From NCBI GenBank assembly GCA_012295275.1, contig CM022673.1, forward strand, positions 2,790,001 through 2,854,000: DNA of 64,000 nt, given 5' to 3'. The first letter of the stretch is position 1. Each line of letters opens with the position of its first letter. The stretch is from Chrysomallon squamiferum. Lineage: Eukaryota > Animalia > Mollusca. This document shows, one piece after another, positions 34,851 through 49,317 of the stretch. A program made the translations under genes and the position numbers. The notes under the pieces were generated by a model. That model had not been told where the DNA came from, did no database searches, and saw nothing but the letters and a program-made list of their open reading frames with translations.

Positions 34851-35487
34851 TAATAATTAAATAATTAAATAAATAAATAAATAAATAAAAACAATGATAA
34901 TAATAATAAAAATATATCCAAATCATAATTTATTTGGTTATTTGACAGATTTAATTAAAGGGAGACGATCTTTACTGTGTTTAATGGTTTTTATTTTGTT
35001 TAATTCCTTTATTTTTTTTAAACTGTGTTAAATGAAGGGAGATAATCATTACACTAAATATCTTTAACTGTACTATGTATTTCATTTTTAACATTTACAA
35101 TAAAGGTATTTAGTCAAATTTAAATTAAAATGGTAATGATATACCTAAAATTATCATATATACGAAGAACAAAAACATACAATGAACTTATTCTGTTTCT
35201 TGCTTTTAGAAATAAAATATTTGCTTATTTTGCACTTCATTCTTTTTTGTCTTTATTTTTTTTTCTATTTAAAGGTATATCATATATTTTACAAAAAATA
35301 ATAATTAAAATTTCAATAACTGTAACTGATTCCTTTATGATTTTTTTCAATTTTTAATGTTATGTTTTTTGTTTTGAGAAACATTCATCTATTGAAAGTT
35401 TTATATATATAAAAAAAACTTCTGAACAATAAAAAACCAACAAACAAAAGTAACAAAAAGACCCAACATAAAACAACTATCACTTAC

Positions 35488-35557
35488 ATATTCCTGTGAC
35501 ACTTCATTGTTTGTGATGTTTTGATTATACTGCCCATGCTGCTGTACTTGCTCATTA
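35488..35557 (-). CDS. LIM gene coding exon
   Basis: ttttatcttccag / GTAAGT, 70 nt, phase 2->0, NEQVQQHGQYNQNITNNEVSQEY. Confidence 0.82.
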
Positions 35558-36067
35558 CTGGAAGATAAAATATTCAAATAATTAAATGTGGATTTACATA
35601 AAATGTACATTTGTGACAGACACCGGTACCAAAATAACCCATAACCAGTTTTAATTTTTTTATTTTTTTATTTTTAAATATATTTTTTTATTATTATAAC
35701 TAAAATGATAAATGTTTAACTTATCTTTCTGTGTATCTAAGTTTATAGATACATAAAATTAAACAGTTGTACATTTTAGTTTTAAAATTTTATGCTGTTG
35801 GATGTATGTTTGGATGAGTGTTTATTTAATTCATTACTTCATTTATATGAGTACAAATGTTTATTTGCACGTGTGTGTCTTTTTGTACAGAAAGACCCAT
35901 ACACGCACAAACACAGACACATAGTGAAATGTTTTCATATACAGTTATATTTATTTATGCATATATTGTTCTATAGTGTATGGATATGTTATTAAGCATG
36001 TACAGGTGTGTATGTATACCAGTAGGTTAATGTATATGTATGTTAATTTACAGGTATGTGTATTTAC

Positions 36068-36131
36068 CTCAGATAGTGTGGAGTGCTGTAATCCTGCTTG
36101 GCATCAAATTTGTTCTGATTTGTGAATGAAT
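36068..36131 (-). CDS. LIM gene coding exon (common acceptor for alternative 5' exons)
   Basis: tatttacag / GTAAAT, 64 nt, phase 1->2, (D)SFTNQNKFDAKQDYSTPHYL(S). Confidence 0.8.
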
Positions 36132-36329
36132 CTGTAAATAATTAAAAACAAAAACTTAATTGTGATGATAAAGGGAAAGAGAAAGAACACAAATAAATAA
36201 TTAGTGATCTGAAAAAAGAAAACAAGAAATGTTGTAGTATTCAGTGTTTGTGAATACATTATTTCCACTATGCCTCATTTGAAGTTTAGTCAAGCATATC
36301 TTTCAGATACATGCATCTGTTACATATTC

Positions 36330-36461
36330 AGACACACACATACACACACGCACACATGCACACAGACAGACAGACAGACAGACGCACATTCTTATATATA
36401 AAAATACAAACATACAAACACACACACATACACACATACATTTCACAGATACATACATATA

Positions 36462-36495
<34 letters not shown>

Positions 36496-37039
36496 GATCT
36501 GCACATATACACACATGCAGATACACACATAATTATGTTTACAACCAACATACACATTCACTTCAGTGTACATTAAAACACTTCTGCAAATACTTTTCCA
36601 GTTTTGTACTTCATAAAAAAAATTAAAATAAGTTTTTTTAATAAACAAAAATAAATAATAATAAAAACATCACTATAGCCATTTGCAATTTTTAATCTGT
36701 TTACAAATGATCAGCATCATTAGAAGTCACTTTTTAATATATATATGTAACTATCACTTAAAAAGGTATATCTATTAATAGAAGTTTTCAAAATCAGTAC
36801 TCCATGTGAAAATATTAATTTCCACATGATTCTATATTTGTGCATCATCCTATCAAGTGTTAAATATTTGTAACGTAGTTCTTAAATGCACAGAATATGT
36901 AATATCTGTTTACCTGGTATATAGAGATAGATATACATATAGATATATGTATAATGTATGAATGTATGTTTGCATATATGGCTGTGTGTGAGGTGGGTGG
37001 GTGGTGTGGATATGAATAGATAGACAAGTATATATATAA

Positions 37040-37074
<35 letters not shown>

Positions 37075-37850
37075 CTAAAAACACACATACACACACACAC
37101 ACAAAAAATACTTTACACAGGTATCACAATATTAAACATTTATAACTTAGTCCTTAAAAAATCAACTAATTATGTATAACATGAATTACTCCATTACTAG
37201 GTAAAAATTAATAACTAACTCTTCACTTCATAAAGTATATGTAGTATACTTAGTATATCTATACCTATGTGTGTGTGTGTAGACAATTATTATTATTATC
37301 TTGATAAGAAAGGATACTATCTTTTAAATTATTCTTCGTGCTAAATCTGACCTGTACAATCTCTGCTACTCAACATACAACAAGAACATAACCTTATTAG
37401 AAATCACACTTTCAATAGTAATAAAAACCTGCACATTTAACAAACAAGATTTTGGTGAAAAGATATAAAATATTTGATCTACCTTGAAAATATGCTATTC
37501 TTCTCTGCAACATATTGTTTCTTCTTAAAAAAAATTTTTTTTACAAGAAGTTTTTGTAACTATTATTACAGGAAAATAATCAGGAACAGTGTACTGGTCA
37601 TGTGACTCAAGTGAATATAACTGGTCATAAATGCAGGAGAATCAATAGATAACATTCACAGATCACTGGCTGTACAGGTATAAATATTCTTTAGTGTGCT
37701 TTTCATGGGTTTGTTAAGTTTCATATACATACAGATTGGTTGTATATAAATTGATATAGCATACCTAGACATACATATACTAGTGTGTGTATATGCATGT
37801 ATGTATGTATATATATATATATATATGTGAATGTCTGCATGTGGGAGGTA

Positions 37851-37890
<40 letters not shown>
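36330..37890. repeat. Cluster of (CA)n/(TG)n/(TA)n microsatellites
   Basis: Tracts at 36330-36530, 37030-37102 and 37780-37890; they generate the spurious HT/VC/YI ORFs. Confidence 0.9.
37352..37376 (-). CDS. Candidate alternative first coding exon A (MLSSRDCT)
   Basis: ATG...ACAG|GTCAGA, phase 1 matches exon 36131; upstream TGAGTCACATGACC (AP-1 plus E-box) near 37596-37609. Confidence 0.35.
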
Positions 37891-37892
<2 letters not shown>

Positions 37893-39307
37893 GTAGCCAT
37901 ACAAAAAATTAACTTCCTTGTAAAAGTTAAAAGAACAAAAAAAAAAAAAAAAAAAACCCACACAAAATCAGGACATTTAGGTTGACACAAATAGATGTTT
38001 ATTATTTTTCTCCTGTACAATCTTTTAATAACATTTACCTTTAGTACAACTTTAAAAAAAAGAGAAAAAAAAAAAAAATAAAAAAAAAAAGTGACCTAAA
38101 CTTCATGCACGAAGGATCAGAAAAAACAGATTACCATTGTACCATGACTGTGAGTTACAAAACATACAGGGAATCTTTTGTATACATACAAATGCCCTAA
38201 ATACATTAATAATATTTGGCGTCCAATCTTTGATAATAATAAAGTACTGGGATGAGTACAGTTTGTCTTTACCTTGATGTCATTTTGTATATAAAAAAAA
38301 TAATTAAAAATAAAATCCTTGACAGACTGAGGATATAGTTATTTGCTATGATCTACTCTCTTTAATGTTTTGTATAATACCAGGAAAAACGGAAGAGATT
38401 GTTTTTCATTATACTTTATTATTAGAAAAGACGTAAAGATACACCTCTCCAGTAATTTGTTAATTCTACATTAGATGTTGTTGTTTTTTTCCTTCTTATG
38501 TAGAAAAAAAAAAACATAACAGTAATATCTTAAAGATTTGTCCCCACAAACCAAACAAAGATTTGGAAGCATAGAACAAGTGTGATTTATTTATGCCATC
38601 ATACAGGTAGACCTTATATTTGTTTTGTTATTGTTTTTGTATATATAAATTGCTTCTAACAACTTTGTAACAAATAAATTTTGGACTTCAAAATCTTTCT
38701 TTAGTAGAAGGTGAATTAACAGATATAATCGTGCAATGTGTAACTCTGTAACTAAATGTGCCTGTTACATGTGGCCTTTGCTCTTCATGGGCTATAGATA
38801 ATCTAGTTAATGATATTTAAGTGGAAAATTATGGTGCAGAATAAAGCAGTGCTACAATCATGTTTGCACGTAAGTATATTTAAGTAGGTCAGTAGGTTTA
38901 TTACACTGCAGAATTCATTTTACCTATAAGTTTTAGAAATAAAGTAAATTTAAAGATTCTTCTTAAAGTGATTCAGTGCACTGAATACAAATATTTAATA
39001 TGTTGTGTAAATTATATAATCTCAAATTTAAAAATGAAAAAAAAACATACAAACTAAATACAGCAAATTATTAAACAACCCACCACTTTATTGTTCATTT
39101 TATTCTTCTTTATTTCTTAAATTAAAATCTTATCCACTGTTTAACATTAATCATGTATCAGGACATTTCACTGATCCACCCTTTCTATATAATCCTATAT
39201 TTAACATCAAGCAGATTAAAACTGATGCACAAACGACACGGGACACTCACAGTTCTACACAAAATGAGGTGTAAGTAATTGTCAAACATTTAAACAACGG
39301 TTTTTAC

Positions 39308-39335
39308 CTGGAATTCCTCTCACAGAACGAAACAT
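39308..39335 (-). CDS. Candidate alternative first coding exon B (MFRSVRGIP)
   Basis: ATG...CCAG|GTAAAA, phase 1; GC-raised leader with TATATA at 39486-39491. Confidence 0.5.
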
Positions 39336-42300
39336 TCAGATCACAGAGAAGTTTACACTCTGAAGCAGGAAAAGCAAACAGCAGCACATGCATGTGTTTA
39401 TCTTCCATTAACCAAAGTGTTCTTTCAACAGACAAAAACCCAGCTTAACTGTGCATCCACTGCAGTGTCACACAGCTAACAGGAGTATATACTGCATACA
39501 GAACACTGATGACATATGTACCAGAGACCATCTGACATTAACTCTAGCACACCCTGGTAATACGTTATGTATGTAGTATCTTCTGCATCCCACTTTCAAA
39601 ATAACATACCAATACGTACTGAAGGAAATAAAAAGTATCTGTAATATTTGACATAGTTTGTAGAATTCAGTGAATTGTGCTAATGTGTAGTATGAAAATT
39701 TGTGCTACATACAGTATCATCTTTAGGCAACATTTGGAGTGAAACCAGATGTTACAATAGTATAAAAATAATACTGACAGTAATTATATAGTAGTGTAGG
39801 AAATTTCATTAAATATAATAATTTATAATATTCATTTGTAACAGACAGTGGGCAGGGAATTTCATTCTAATAGTTTAAGTTATACTGTCACTTCAATAAA
39901 ATATCATGAATTCATTTTTAAAACTCTTTTAAACAATGATGTGGTCTAACATCATCATAACTCACTATTTGGAAAAAATATATAGTTAGAACTACTAAAG
40001 AAAAAAAAAAGAATTTAAGAAACAACAACAATAGAAACAGTAACTTCTCTTTAAATCCCTTGAAAAAGAAAAAGAAAACAAAAAATCATACTTCCAGTAT
40101 CAATATTATATATATAAAAAATAATTTATGTTTCCAAGGCAACAAGAGGTTTAAAAGGAATGAAAACAACAGTTTTGTTTAAAAACTTTTCGTTTGCTAA
40201 CTACAAACCCCATGTTATATATCACAAACAATCAGTTATTTTATATATATACATATATTTAGCATTATCAGTGACATGGTGTTCAGGTTAACAGAAACTA
40301 TTCAGATTCCAAGACTGTCAGAACAATGGAACTAATCATACAGTGTGCACAAGCGTTTCTAATTAACATTGCCAGAAATACATGACAGAATTCTTTCCCT
40401 TGTTTTGAACTACACAATAAATATAATATTTAACTTTAATACTAATATCAATGAATTAAGAAATAAATAAATTTATAAAAAAATATTTTATACCTATTTA
40501 TATATACCAGAAAATGCTAACTTCCAAATCCCAAATATTTACGTTATCATACTTTCATGAACAAAAAAAACATATCTCAAAGTGAATAACTTGCTTTCTG
40601 ATTTGTCTGTTCTGTTATATTTATACACTATGACTTCATGAGTTCTCAATACGAAGACAGCTAAACATGAACAGTCTTTGACAATCTTCCATAATTACAT
40701 CTGAAGTCGTTTTTTTTTTTTTAATGCTTTTCCCTTGCATACCATGTCCATGTACTAACAATGGCAAGGCGCCAGTGTTGATGCTGCTGCTCATGTGTTA
40801 CTGTGTAATACGGGCAGCGCACAGACAACACCGTTCATAGGCTATTTTAGTTTGCTTCGTGTAATACGATAGATGGTAAACACAAAAACAGATCAACAGT
40901 TGGCTACATTAGAAACACTTGTCCTTCATTTAGGAACTGTTTGACCTGGTACGTATTATCTAGGAAGTCATAAATATCTTAGATATAACACAGACAGGCA
41001 GCATTCTTGAAAGAAAAGAAAAGGAATTTTTGGTTTATGATATTTTAGTCTACATTATTTTTTTACTAATCTGAGACTGTATTATTATTATTATTGCTAT
41101 TATTGTTGTTTTTGTTGGTGTTATTGTTATTATTGTTGTTATTACCAAACTTGTAGCTTGACTTTTATTTGCTGGAGACAGGACAGTACATACCACAACA
41201 TCTCATTTATGAAATGAAATAATTACAGTTTTAATGAAATAAACTTAATAAACAATTAAGGTTTTGTCAAAAGATAGATAAAGACAAACTCTTACACATA
41301 AAGATGTGCATTCATACACACACTTATATTCACAGATGCAAACACACACACACACACACACTCACGTAAAGGCAAAGAAACAGACAAACTGATGCAGAGA
41401 AAGAGAGATTATGAGAAACAGATACAGAAGAAGAAAATAAGCCTGAGAAAAAGATGGGGGGAAATGGACATAACAACACAGACAAAAGATATGAATTTTG
41501 TAGTCAGTAGCGTGCAGAGGTCTGGTGATGCCTGGGGCCAACTCTTTGATTGTGTGCCCCAAAGACTCAAGTATTGGTCTAGTACTGAGAAATACTGTGA
41601 GAAGGGAAGATATTTTTAATATATAAATACTGATGAAACATAAAAAAAAACATTTATTAAATTTAAATATAAATCAACCAAATTTACTGGATGCCTGTGA
41701 TTGGATGCCTCTCCCATTTGGATGCCTAGGGCCACCACCCCTTCAGCCCCCCCATCTGAATGCCAATGTTACATAGAAAAGAAACAATGTAAAGTAAGCC
41801 CTAAATTTTACCTCGAGTCTCCTATTTGTGCTAATAACCTGCCACATAACACACTTCCAACTCAAAGCCAAGAAAAGTTAATGAGAAAAACTTATAAACA
41901 CTGTAACCTCAGCATTCCATTGTTTGGTGCACATGATATTCAGTTTTGAATATTTTAAACATGTTTTGGTTTAGCCATTCAGCTAAATGTACCTACGCAA
42001 TGTCTAAACATTGTGGCATGTTTACAACACAAAATCATATCTTCCATATCTTTCTGTACTGTCCAAAACACTAATTACTTAAATAATTCATATCTAACAG
42101 CTTCTTATATTATACAGAAAGAAATTCAATGAAAAAACTTTTTAAAAAAACTCTTAAACCTTTTTTTTTTTGTCCCTTAATGTGTGTGTGTATACACTTG
42201 TTTTTATTGCTTATAAAATAAATGTTGACTGATAAAGATTTTTTCATTCCTTTTATACAAAGGTTTATTTAATCTGCTGAAGTATTAACACTTTTTAAAA

Positions 42301-42939
42301 TCTTTGATTAAAAAAATATATTACATTCAGTAACACAAAAATGGGGATGGAAAAAATGAATTAATAATTAAAATAAATAAATAAATGAAACACTGATGGA
42401 CAAAGTAAGTGATTTTTGTGACAGAGTGTTTTGACATTATATAACAAAGATTCTACTTCAATTCTTAAATGTTTTGAAATTTATCTGTTTTCAATCACTG
42501 TATTTTGTGAAACATGTAAGCATTAACAATAACCAAATATTAATTTTATTTAAAGACCCTATTATGACTTTGAAAAAATACCAAACTGTAGGCCTATACA
42601 TTTTTAAAATGTAGCTGGTTTGGATTGAAAAAAATGAATAAATAAAAAATAGTGCATACATGGGTTAAAATGTGTGAAAGCATTTTTACCCTCTTAATGT
42701 AAGATCCTATTATGAGTTTCAAAAGTACTGACTGTAGAGTTGTATTTTATTTCTTTTTAATAATTTGTTTAGTTATGAAATGATTTAAAACCCCCACAGA
42801 TCCTCCCCTCCTCACCAAGATATAATAATATGATAAACACAATTTGATGCATATATGTACATGAATAATAATAGGATGTAAAACATGATATATACTAACA
42901 CCCTCCCACTAACAAATATACAGATATATACACATCTTC

Positions 42940-44042
42940 AAACACACACACACACACACAAACACAATAATAATACATATACAAACACAAATACACACCC
43001 AGACCCACACAGACATTAATGTATGTATTTTTGCACACACACACACACACACACACACCAGACACCCCCACACAGGCACTACACCAGACACACACACACA
43101 CTCACATATACATATGCAGATAGGCAAAAAAAAAAAAAAAGACATTCATACACACAGACAGACACAGATACATACACACACCCACTCCACACTCAAATAA
43201 ACACATTCTCTCATAAACCCAGAGAGACATGTCAGATCCTTCAATCACTTTCAAAAACCCAGAACAGCACCATTGTGTAACATACAACACTGATACTATC
43301 AGCTTTGGTATAATCAGGTTAACCTCTACCTTTTGAAAACTTAATCGATGTATGTTATGATTTCTTTTTCTAAAAAGATTTATACATACACATACACACA
43401 CGGACACATTTACAATCAGCGAAGTTAACAAAAGAGCTTTATAAAATTACTAAATGTCATAGTTTCAAAAAGGTTAGCTAGATGTTTGTAGGTCAGGCTG
43501 TTTGGGGGGGGAAAAAAAAAAAAAAAAAAAAAAAAGGTAAATAATATGACAGTTTTATTTTCATAGCAGTGTATACCTAAATATATGCTTTGCTTTTTAT
43601 TAATTCATTTCATTTATTGTTATTATTATACTTTTGTTGATAATTGTGTTTAAAAAATACTTTCAATATTTATTTATTATTCTTAGTTGATGAGTCAGTT
43701 AATGTAAAGGATTTGTTTGTAAACCAGACTGATTTAATATTTATATTATTAACAGAATATAATTGTGCGTATGTGTCTGTGTATATCTGTTCACCTTATA
43801 TTCATATAAAACCTACAAAAATTAATTCAAATTGTTAGAAAATATTTTTTTACAGGTCAGATTGGGAAGACATAAGTAGAGTTGAATTTATCATTAAACA
43901 AACACACAACACACACACACATCAGACACACACACACATACATACATACACACTGACACACAAACACACATATATGCATACATACAGGTATAGATAGATA
44001 ACACACACACAATCACACATACACAATCATACACATAGATTT

Positions 44043-44085
<43 letters not shown>

Positions 44086-44172
44086 GTAAGTACAGACATA
44101 CCTATAAAAATGCACACAAAGATAAATGCATACATCTATACAAATATGCATGAATCCATACACACACACACA
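42940..44172. repeat. Compound (CA)n/(TA)n microsatellite regions
   Basis: Tracts at 42940-43190 and 43900-44172. Confidence 0.9.
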
Positions 44173-44785
44173 AATACAAAAAAACCCAACATATTTTAAT
44201 ATTAATTACAGTAAAGAATATGTATGTAAATGCTGAATTTACAATTACTGCTACTAATTTAAACTTTAATTTTTTTTTGTGCTAATGTTGATCATTTCTT
44301 ACAACATGCAGGCATTTGAATTATAAGCTTTTAATGTGAAAAAAAAAGTTAGACAACAACACTGAAGTTATAGAAAATTTCATTTATAAAACAACATATA
44401 TACAGAGGATAATTTAAGTTAACAAAATGTGTATAACGTGTCGAATAAACTGCTAATATATTTAAACCAAACATTAATATGCATGCAAATGTTTTTGTAA
44501 CTGTATGGCTACTTAATTTACTTTCAAAATGGGGTTGTCTCTGCTGAGATTTATGTTGTTGTTGTTTTTTTTGTTTTTTTTTGTTTGTGTCTTTTTATAA
44601 TACTGGGGTTTAGAATGTATGTACTTGTCTGTGAATGTATAATTTAATTATAGTTTAAAGCAAGTTTTTTCATTGATTTTTCATTTCATAGGCATTACCT
44701 GCAATCCTCAAAATTATTTAATATGTTGGGATGTTTGAGAAAAAAAAAATTATATCTACTTCTTAAAGCAAATCCAAAGTTATTA

Positions 44786-44824
<39 letters not shown>

Positions 44825-44833
44825 TTCACTGAC

Positions 44834-44954
44834 CTGAATATCTTTTCTCTTCTTTTGTCCTGAACACTGTTTCCCCATCTTGAACGATCTCTTCTTCCTG
44901 CGAATAATTATAAGAGGTCTTCATAAGCATATTACCAGTACTCCACCGATTCAT
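44834..44954 (-). CDS. LIM gene exon: internal exon 44834-44897 or ATG-extended first exon
   Basis: MNRWSTGNMLMKTSYNYSQ|EEEIVQDGETVFRTKEEKRYS, donor CAG|GTCAGT phase 1; internal acceptor ttattcgcag phase 0 in the same frame. Confidence 0.7.
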
Positions 44955-46059
44955 TATTAGAGATATTGCACACCCGTTAATTAACTAATTAGATTCTTCT
45001 TAATTACACAAGGTTAACTAAAGATCGAGGTAACTGTTAATGTGTGGTTCAGAGGGTTGACAAAGTAAAGGGAGGAACGACAACACAGGATAACGTGTTT
45101 GTGTATGCAACAGGTATATCCACCAAATATTCAGTAAGTCGGAGAATAGGAGAGTAGTGATTTTGTAAGGAATCAGTTGATTGGATGCCACTTGTTGGCC
45201 AAGGCACATTTCTCTGTTTTCTCTCCATGAAGAAAAAGAGTGGGTGCTCAGGTAAATCTATTACTGTCTTTCTGGAGGCTCTCCAAGGTGTACATGTGTT
45301 GTGCATCAGGTGCACTGTGGGTAATATAAAAGGTTACTGAAGATTGCAATAATGACTAAAAAAAAGTTGATGACTAAGTGGTTAGAATGCTTCCATGAGT
45401 TTCAGTGAAGACGAATTTTTAACTTAAAGATTTATAAAAATTATATTATTATCATCATTATTATTATTGTTTTATATCATTCCAAACGATATTTATAATT
45501 GTAATTTATAAAAATTTAGAGACCAATAATCCATCAATAATGATAAAACCTTAATAAATATTAATTAAGCAGATATCCTTTTAAAACATAAACACTGTTA
45601 TTTAGAAAAAAATAAAAATGACCTACTCATTAATTTAAAATCCAGAATTAAACAGCTCAAAAAGAAACAAAAATAATTATTTCGTTCTCTATTTCTAACA
45701 ACGAAAACAAAAATATATTTCCCTTCCAGAATAAAAAAAAAAAAAAAAAAAATAATAATAACAATAACAAAAATAAACTCTTGACAGAACCTTTGGGAGC
45801 CCCCCCATCATGGTTAGTGTGATGAAAACAACATAGTTGTAGAGGTGCCAAGCGTTCCTCTATACATGGTGATGTAGACAGACAGCACTGTACACCAACA
45901 CGAGATGTAACAGGTAAGCACGACCCGATGCACAAATTTGAATGTTTGCCTGACAGTCGTGCATACAGATTGCACCCTCCTAGTTCTTCTCTGATGGGTT
46001 GCAGCATGGAGATTGTTCAGAAATACAGGTAGGATGTCAGTTTTTTTATACATTACACT

Positions 46060-46460
46060 ATGTAAGATATCTGTTTATATTAAACAGCGGGTGAGATATT
46101 AATTTGTATAGAACAGTACATTAAGTATCAAATTACATTAAACACAGATTACAGGTTCAGTTTGTGTATTACACGAGGTAAGATATCAGTTTATATTAAA
46201 CAGTATATTAAATAACCAATTATATAAAAGAGAGAAACAGGCAGGATATCAATTTATATTACATTAAATAAGGTATCAATTTATTTTAAACAGTGAGATG
46301 TTAATTTATATTAAACAGAACAGAAAGTATCAAATTATTCCGAACAGTAAAAAAAGATAAGATATTAATATTAATTTGTATTACACAGTATATTAAATAT
46401 CAGTTTACATTGAACAGAATTTAAAATATCAGTTTATATTAAACAGTACAAGAGATATAA
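46060..46460. repeat. Degenerate ~25-30-bp minisatellite
   Basis: Recurring taagatatcagtttatattaaacag-like unit, more than 10 diverged copies. Confidence 0.7.
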
Positions 46461-48257
46461 ATGTATAACTGTAAGATGCAAATATTATATATTACATGTT
46501 TAATATAAAACACTGATTTATATTTATCAATTTATAACTGCATTACATAACATAGTATCTAGATTTTATTTTAAATATTAATATCCATCAGTTATTTAAA
46601 CATTAAATTAAATATATATGTTTTGTTACAGTATCCTTTGAAAACATCATGCATAATGAATTTTAAAAATATTTTTTGATATGTTACCAATATTAATAAA
46701 ACACTTTTGAACATGCATTTAAATAAACTGAATTTAAAAAAAAAAAATAAAAAAAAAATTTGTTGTGTTAACTAAACAGTTATAAACAGGTGAATTAAAA
46801 AAAAAAACACAATTAAAAGTAAAATAAATCATAATAAAAAGTGATTAAAAAAAGGAAAAAATATAAATAAATAATGTGACTGTTACTTTAAGCTGGTAAA
46901 ACATACAAATATACGTAAATATATATTTCATATTATGTATTTGCTGGTTATAAATTATGTTAACTGGGTTAACCAAAATATATTAGTGTCACAGCTTACT
47001 GTATTTAATGATACAATGCAATATATATATATATTCGGTATTGTATATCTTGCAATGAATTATACATTATATGAATTATATGAAGTGTTGATTAATTAAT
47101 TAAATTTCAGCATTGTTGTTAAATATTAAGTTTTGTGAGATGGTGCAAAGCATGTCGTTGGGATTATTATCATCATCATCATCATTATTATTAAATCAAT
47201 GCATCTTTATCATTATTACCTATTATTTTATTATAATTTATTATTATCTCATGTTTTGATTAAGATGAGCCTGATTTAAAAGTTTTAAATGTAAATTTTT
47301 TAATAAAAAAATTAGCTATAGTTAATATTTGAAACAGTTAACACACTTATTAAAACACACAAAAAATAAATCACACATTAGCTGTGTTACAAACATCAAA
47401 AATAAAAACAGAAATACAACAAATATACAAGAATATAAAAAAGAACAGAAGCAAGTAACAGCTATATAAAAGTGATGTGAACACACAGAAAACAACATCG
47501 TATGATGATCGTATATCTGCATAAATTTCATATGCAGAAAACAACACCTCCACATTTAAAGTTGAAAATTGCCAATAACCACCAAATAATATTGTAAATG
47601 TATTAATGCTAATGCTGAAAGTAACAAATATCATAAAATGTAATGTTAAATATTTTTATGAAAAAAAAAACATGTAACAAGAATGAATAGAAAACACATT
47701 AAAATTACCACAGATTTAATTATTATTATTATTTTTTAATTTATTATTAATTATCATTAAGAATAATCTAATAAAATAATACTTTCTGCATATGAAATTA
47801 AATGTGAAATGTTTACACTGAATTGCTGTATATACACACATACAAATACACAATACAATAGATGTGAAATTTATATACTTTTCACCTGATACCAGAAGTT
47901 ACTTCCCTTGATTGAATTTTAGATGCATATTTAATAATAATAATTTTAAACACAACAAAGAATAAATATTCCAAGTTCCCTTACATTTATTTTTTTATTT
48001 TTGAACTTTTAAACAAATAATTAAAAGAAAAAATATATATACAAATTAAATTCTCTTTTCATCGCAAGATAAACCTTCAACAACATCATAAATGAAATAT
48101 ATAAATTTAGTGCATTTTTCAACAGAAAAAGCTTTCAACAATGCATCTTATTAGCTGCAGTTCAAGGGAAGCAACTCAAGAGTACACAACGCAGTGGGTA
48201 TACAATGATAGTAAGATACACTGAGGTGGTGAGTTTTCACAACAGTCCTTTACTCAC

Positions 48258-48356
48258 TCGTCCAGTTTGTACGGTGCTGAACACCCCCCCAGCTGGGGTG
48301 GGGTTGGTGGGTGTAGATGGGGAGAGACTTATGAAAGTGCAGGATTTGTAGGTCAC
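48258..48356 (-). CDS. LIM gene symmetric (cassette-type) exon
   Basis: tttgaccag / GTGAGT, 99 nt, phase 0->0, VTYKSCTFISLSPSTPTNPTPAGGVFSTVQTGR; strongly GC-raised. Confidence 0.7.
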
Positions 48357-48548
48357 CTGGTCAAATAGTAATGAACAATGCAACCACACAAATGCATGAA
48401 CAAACATAATGCATCATTCCGTACATTTCTGAGTTGAAAGAAAAACAGGATGTAAAATCATTAGTAAATTTTCTTTTTTTTTTACCCCCAAGAATTTTTT
48501 TTTTTTTTTTTTGCTTTCTGAATTGTTATGTTATTATTGTTACTATTA

Positions 48549-48609
<61 letters not shown>

Positions 48610-48939
48610 TTTTTATTATTTTTATTTTACTATTTCTAAAACAAGTTTTTTTTTTTTTTAAATTTTCTATTTTATGTTTTATTCTTGACTTAACGAGTAT
48701 GTTAAAATACATATATTAATTAATTTATTTATTTATGTTAGAAATATGCCAAATTCCTTTTAACTGTTCCATAATACATGGTTTCCTAAATTATATGTTT
48801 TATTATTTTAATTGTGTGCATTTAAGGATACAGTTATTTTGTATCTACACTTACCAGTAATGCCACATAATTTTATACAATAACTAAATCTTATTATTAT
48901 TCACATTTTGTTTGTCAGGTTTGTTAGGATCTGGTTCAC

Positions 48940-48963
48940 CTTGAATCTCTGAGATGACTCATG
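48940..48963 (-). CDS. Candidate 24-nt micro-exon (HESSQRFK)
   Basis: taaacag / AAG|GTGAAC, phase 0->0; alternative AG at 48971 would give a 31-nt phase 2->0 exon. Confidence 0.4.
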
Positions 48964-49317
48964 CTGTTTACTATGTTTATATAATTAAGAAGCACAACAA
49001 TTTTTCTAAGGGCTCAGTCTGTTTAGAGTTAGGTGAACTCAATCTTTCTAGGTGTTTAGCACTAAATGTTAGAAATACAGATAATGTTGTCAAATAATAA
49101 CCTATTTGATAAAATGAAAAAGGTTTTGCTTTTTGGATTCTGTTAATGACAAAATAAAAATGGTTCACACATTCAGTCTGTCAAACACACACACACACAC
49201 ACATGTTCTATTTCTCTCTCTCATGGATACATCTAAATTATTATTAATATACAACTCTTGAATTTCTAATTTCTAAATTCATTTGTTTCAAAGCAAAATC
49301 ATCTCCAGAATAATTAC

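Noticed and set aside
36303-44169. Many 60-110 aa ORFs rich in VC/HT/YI
   Set aside because: Translations of (CA)n, (TG)n and (TA)n microsatellites.
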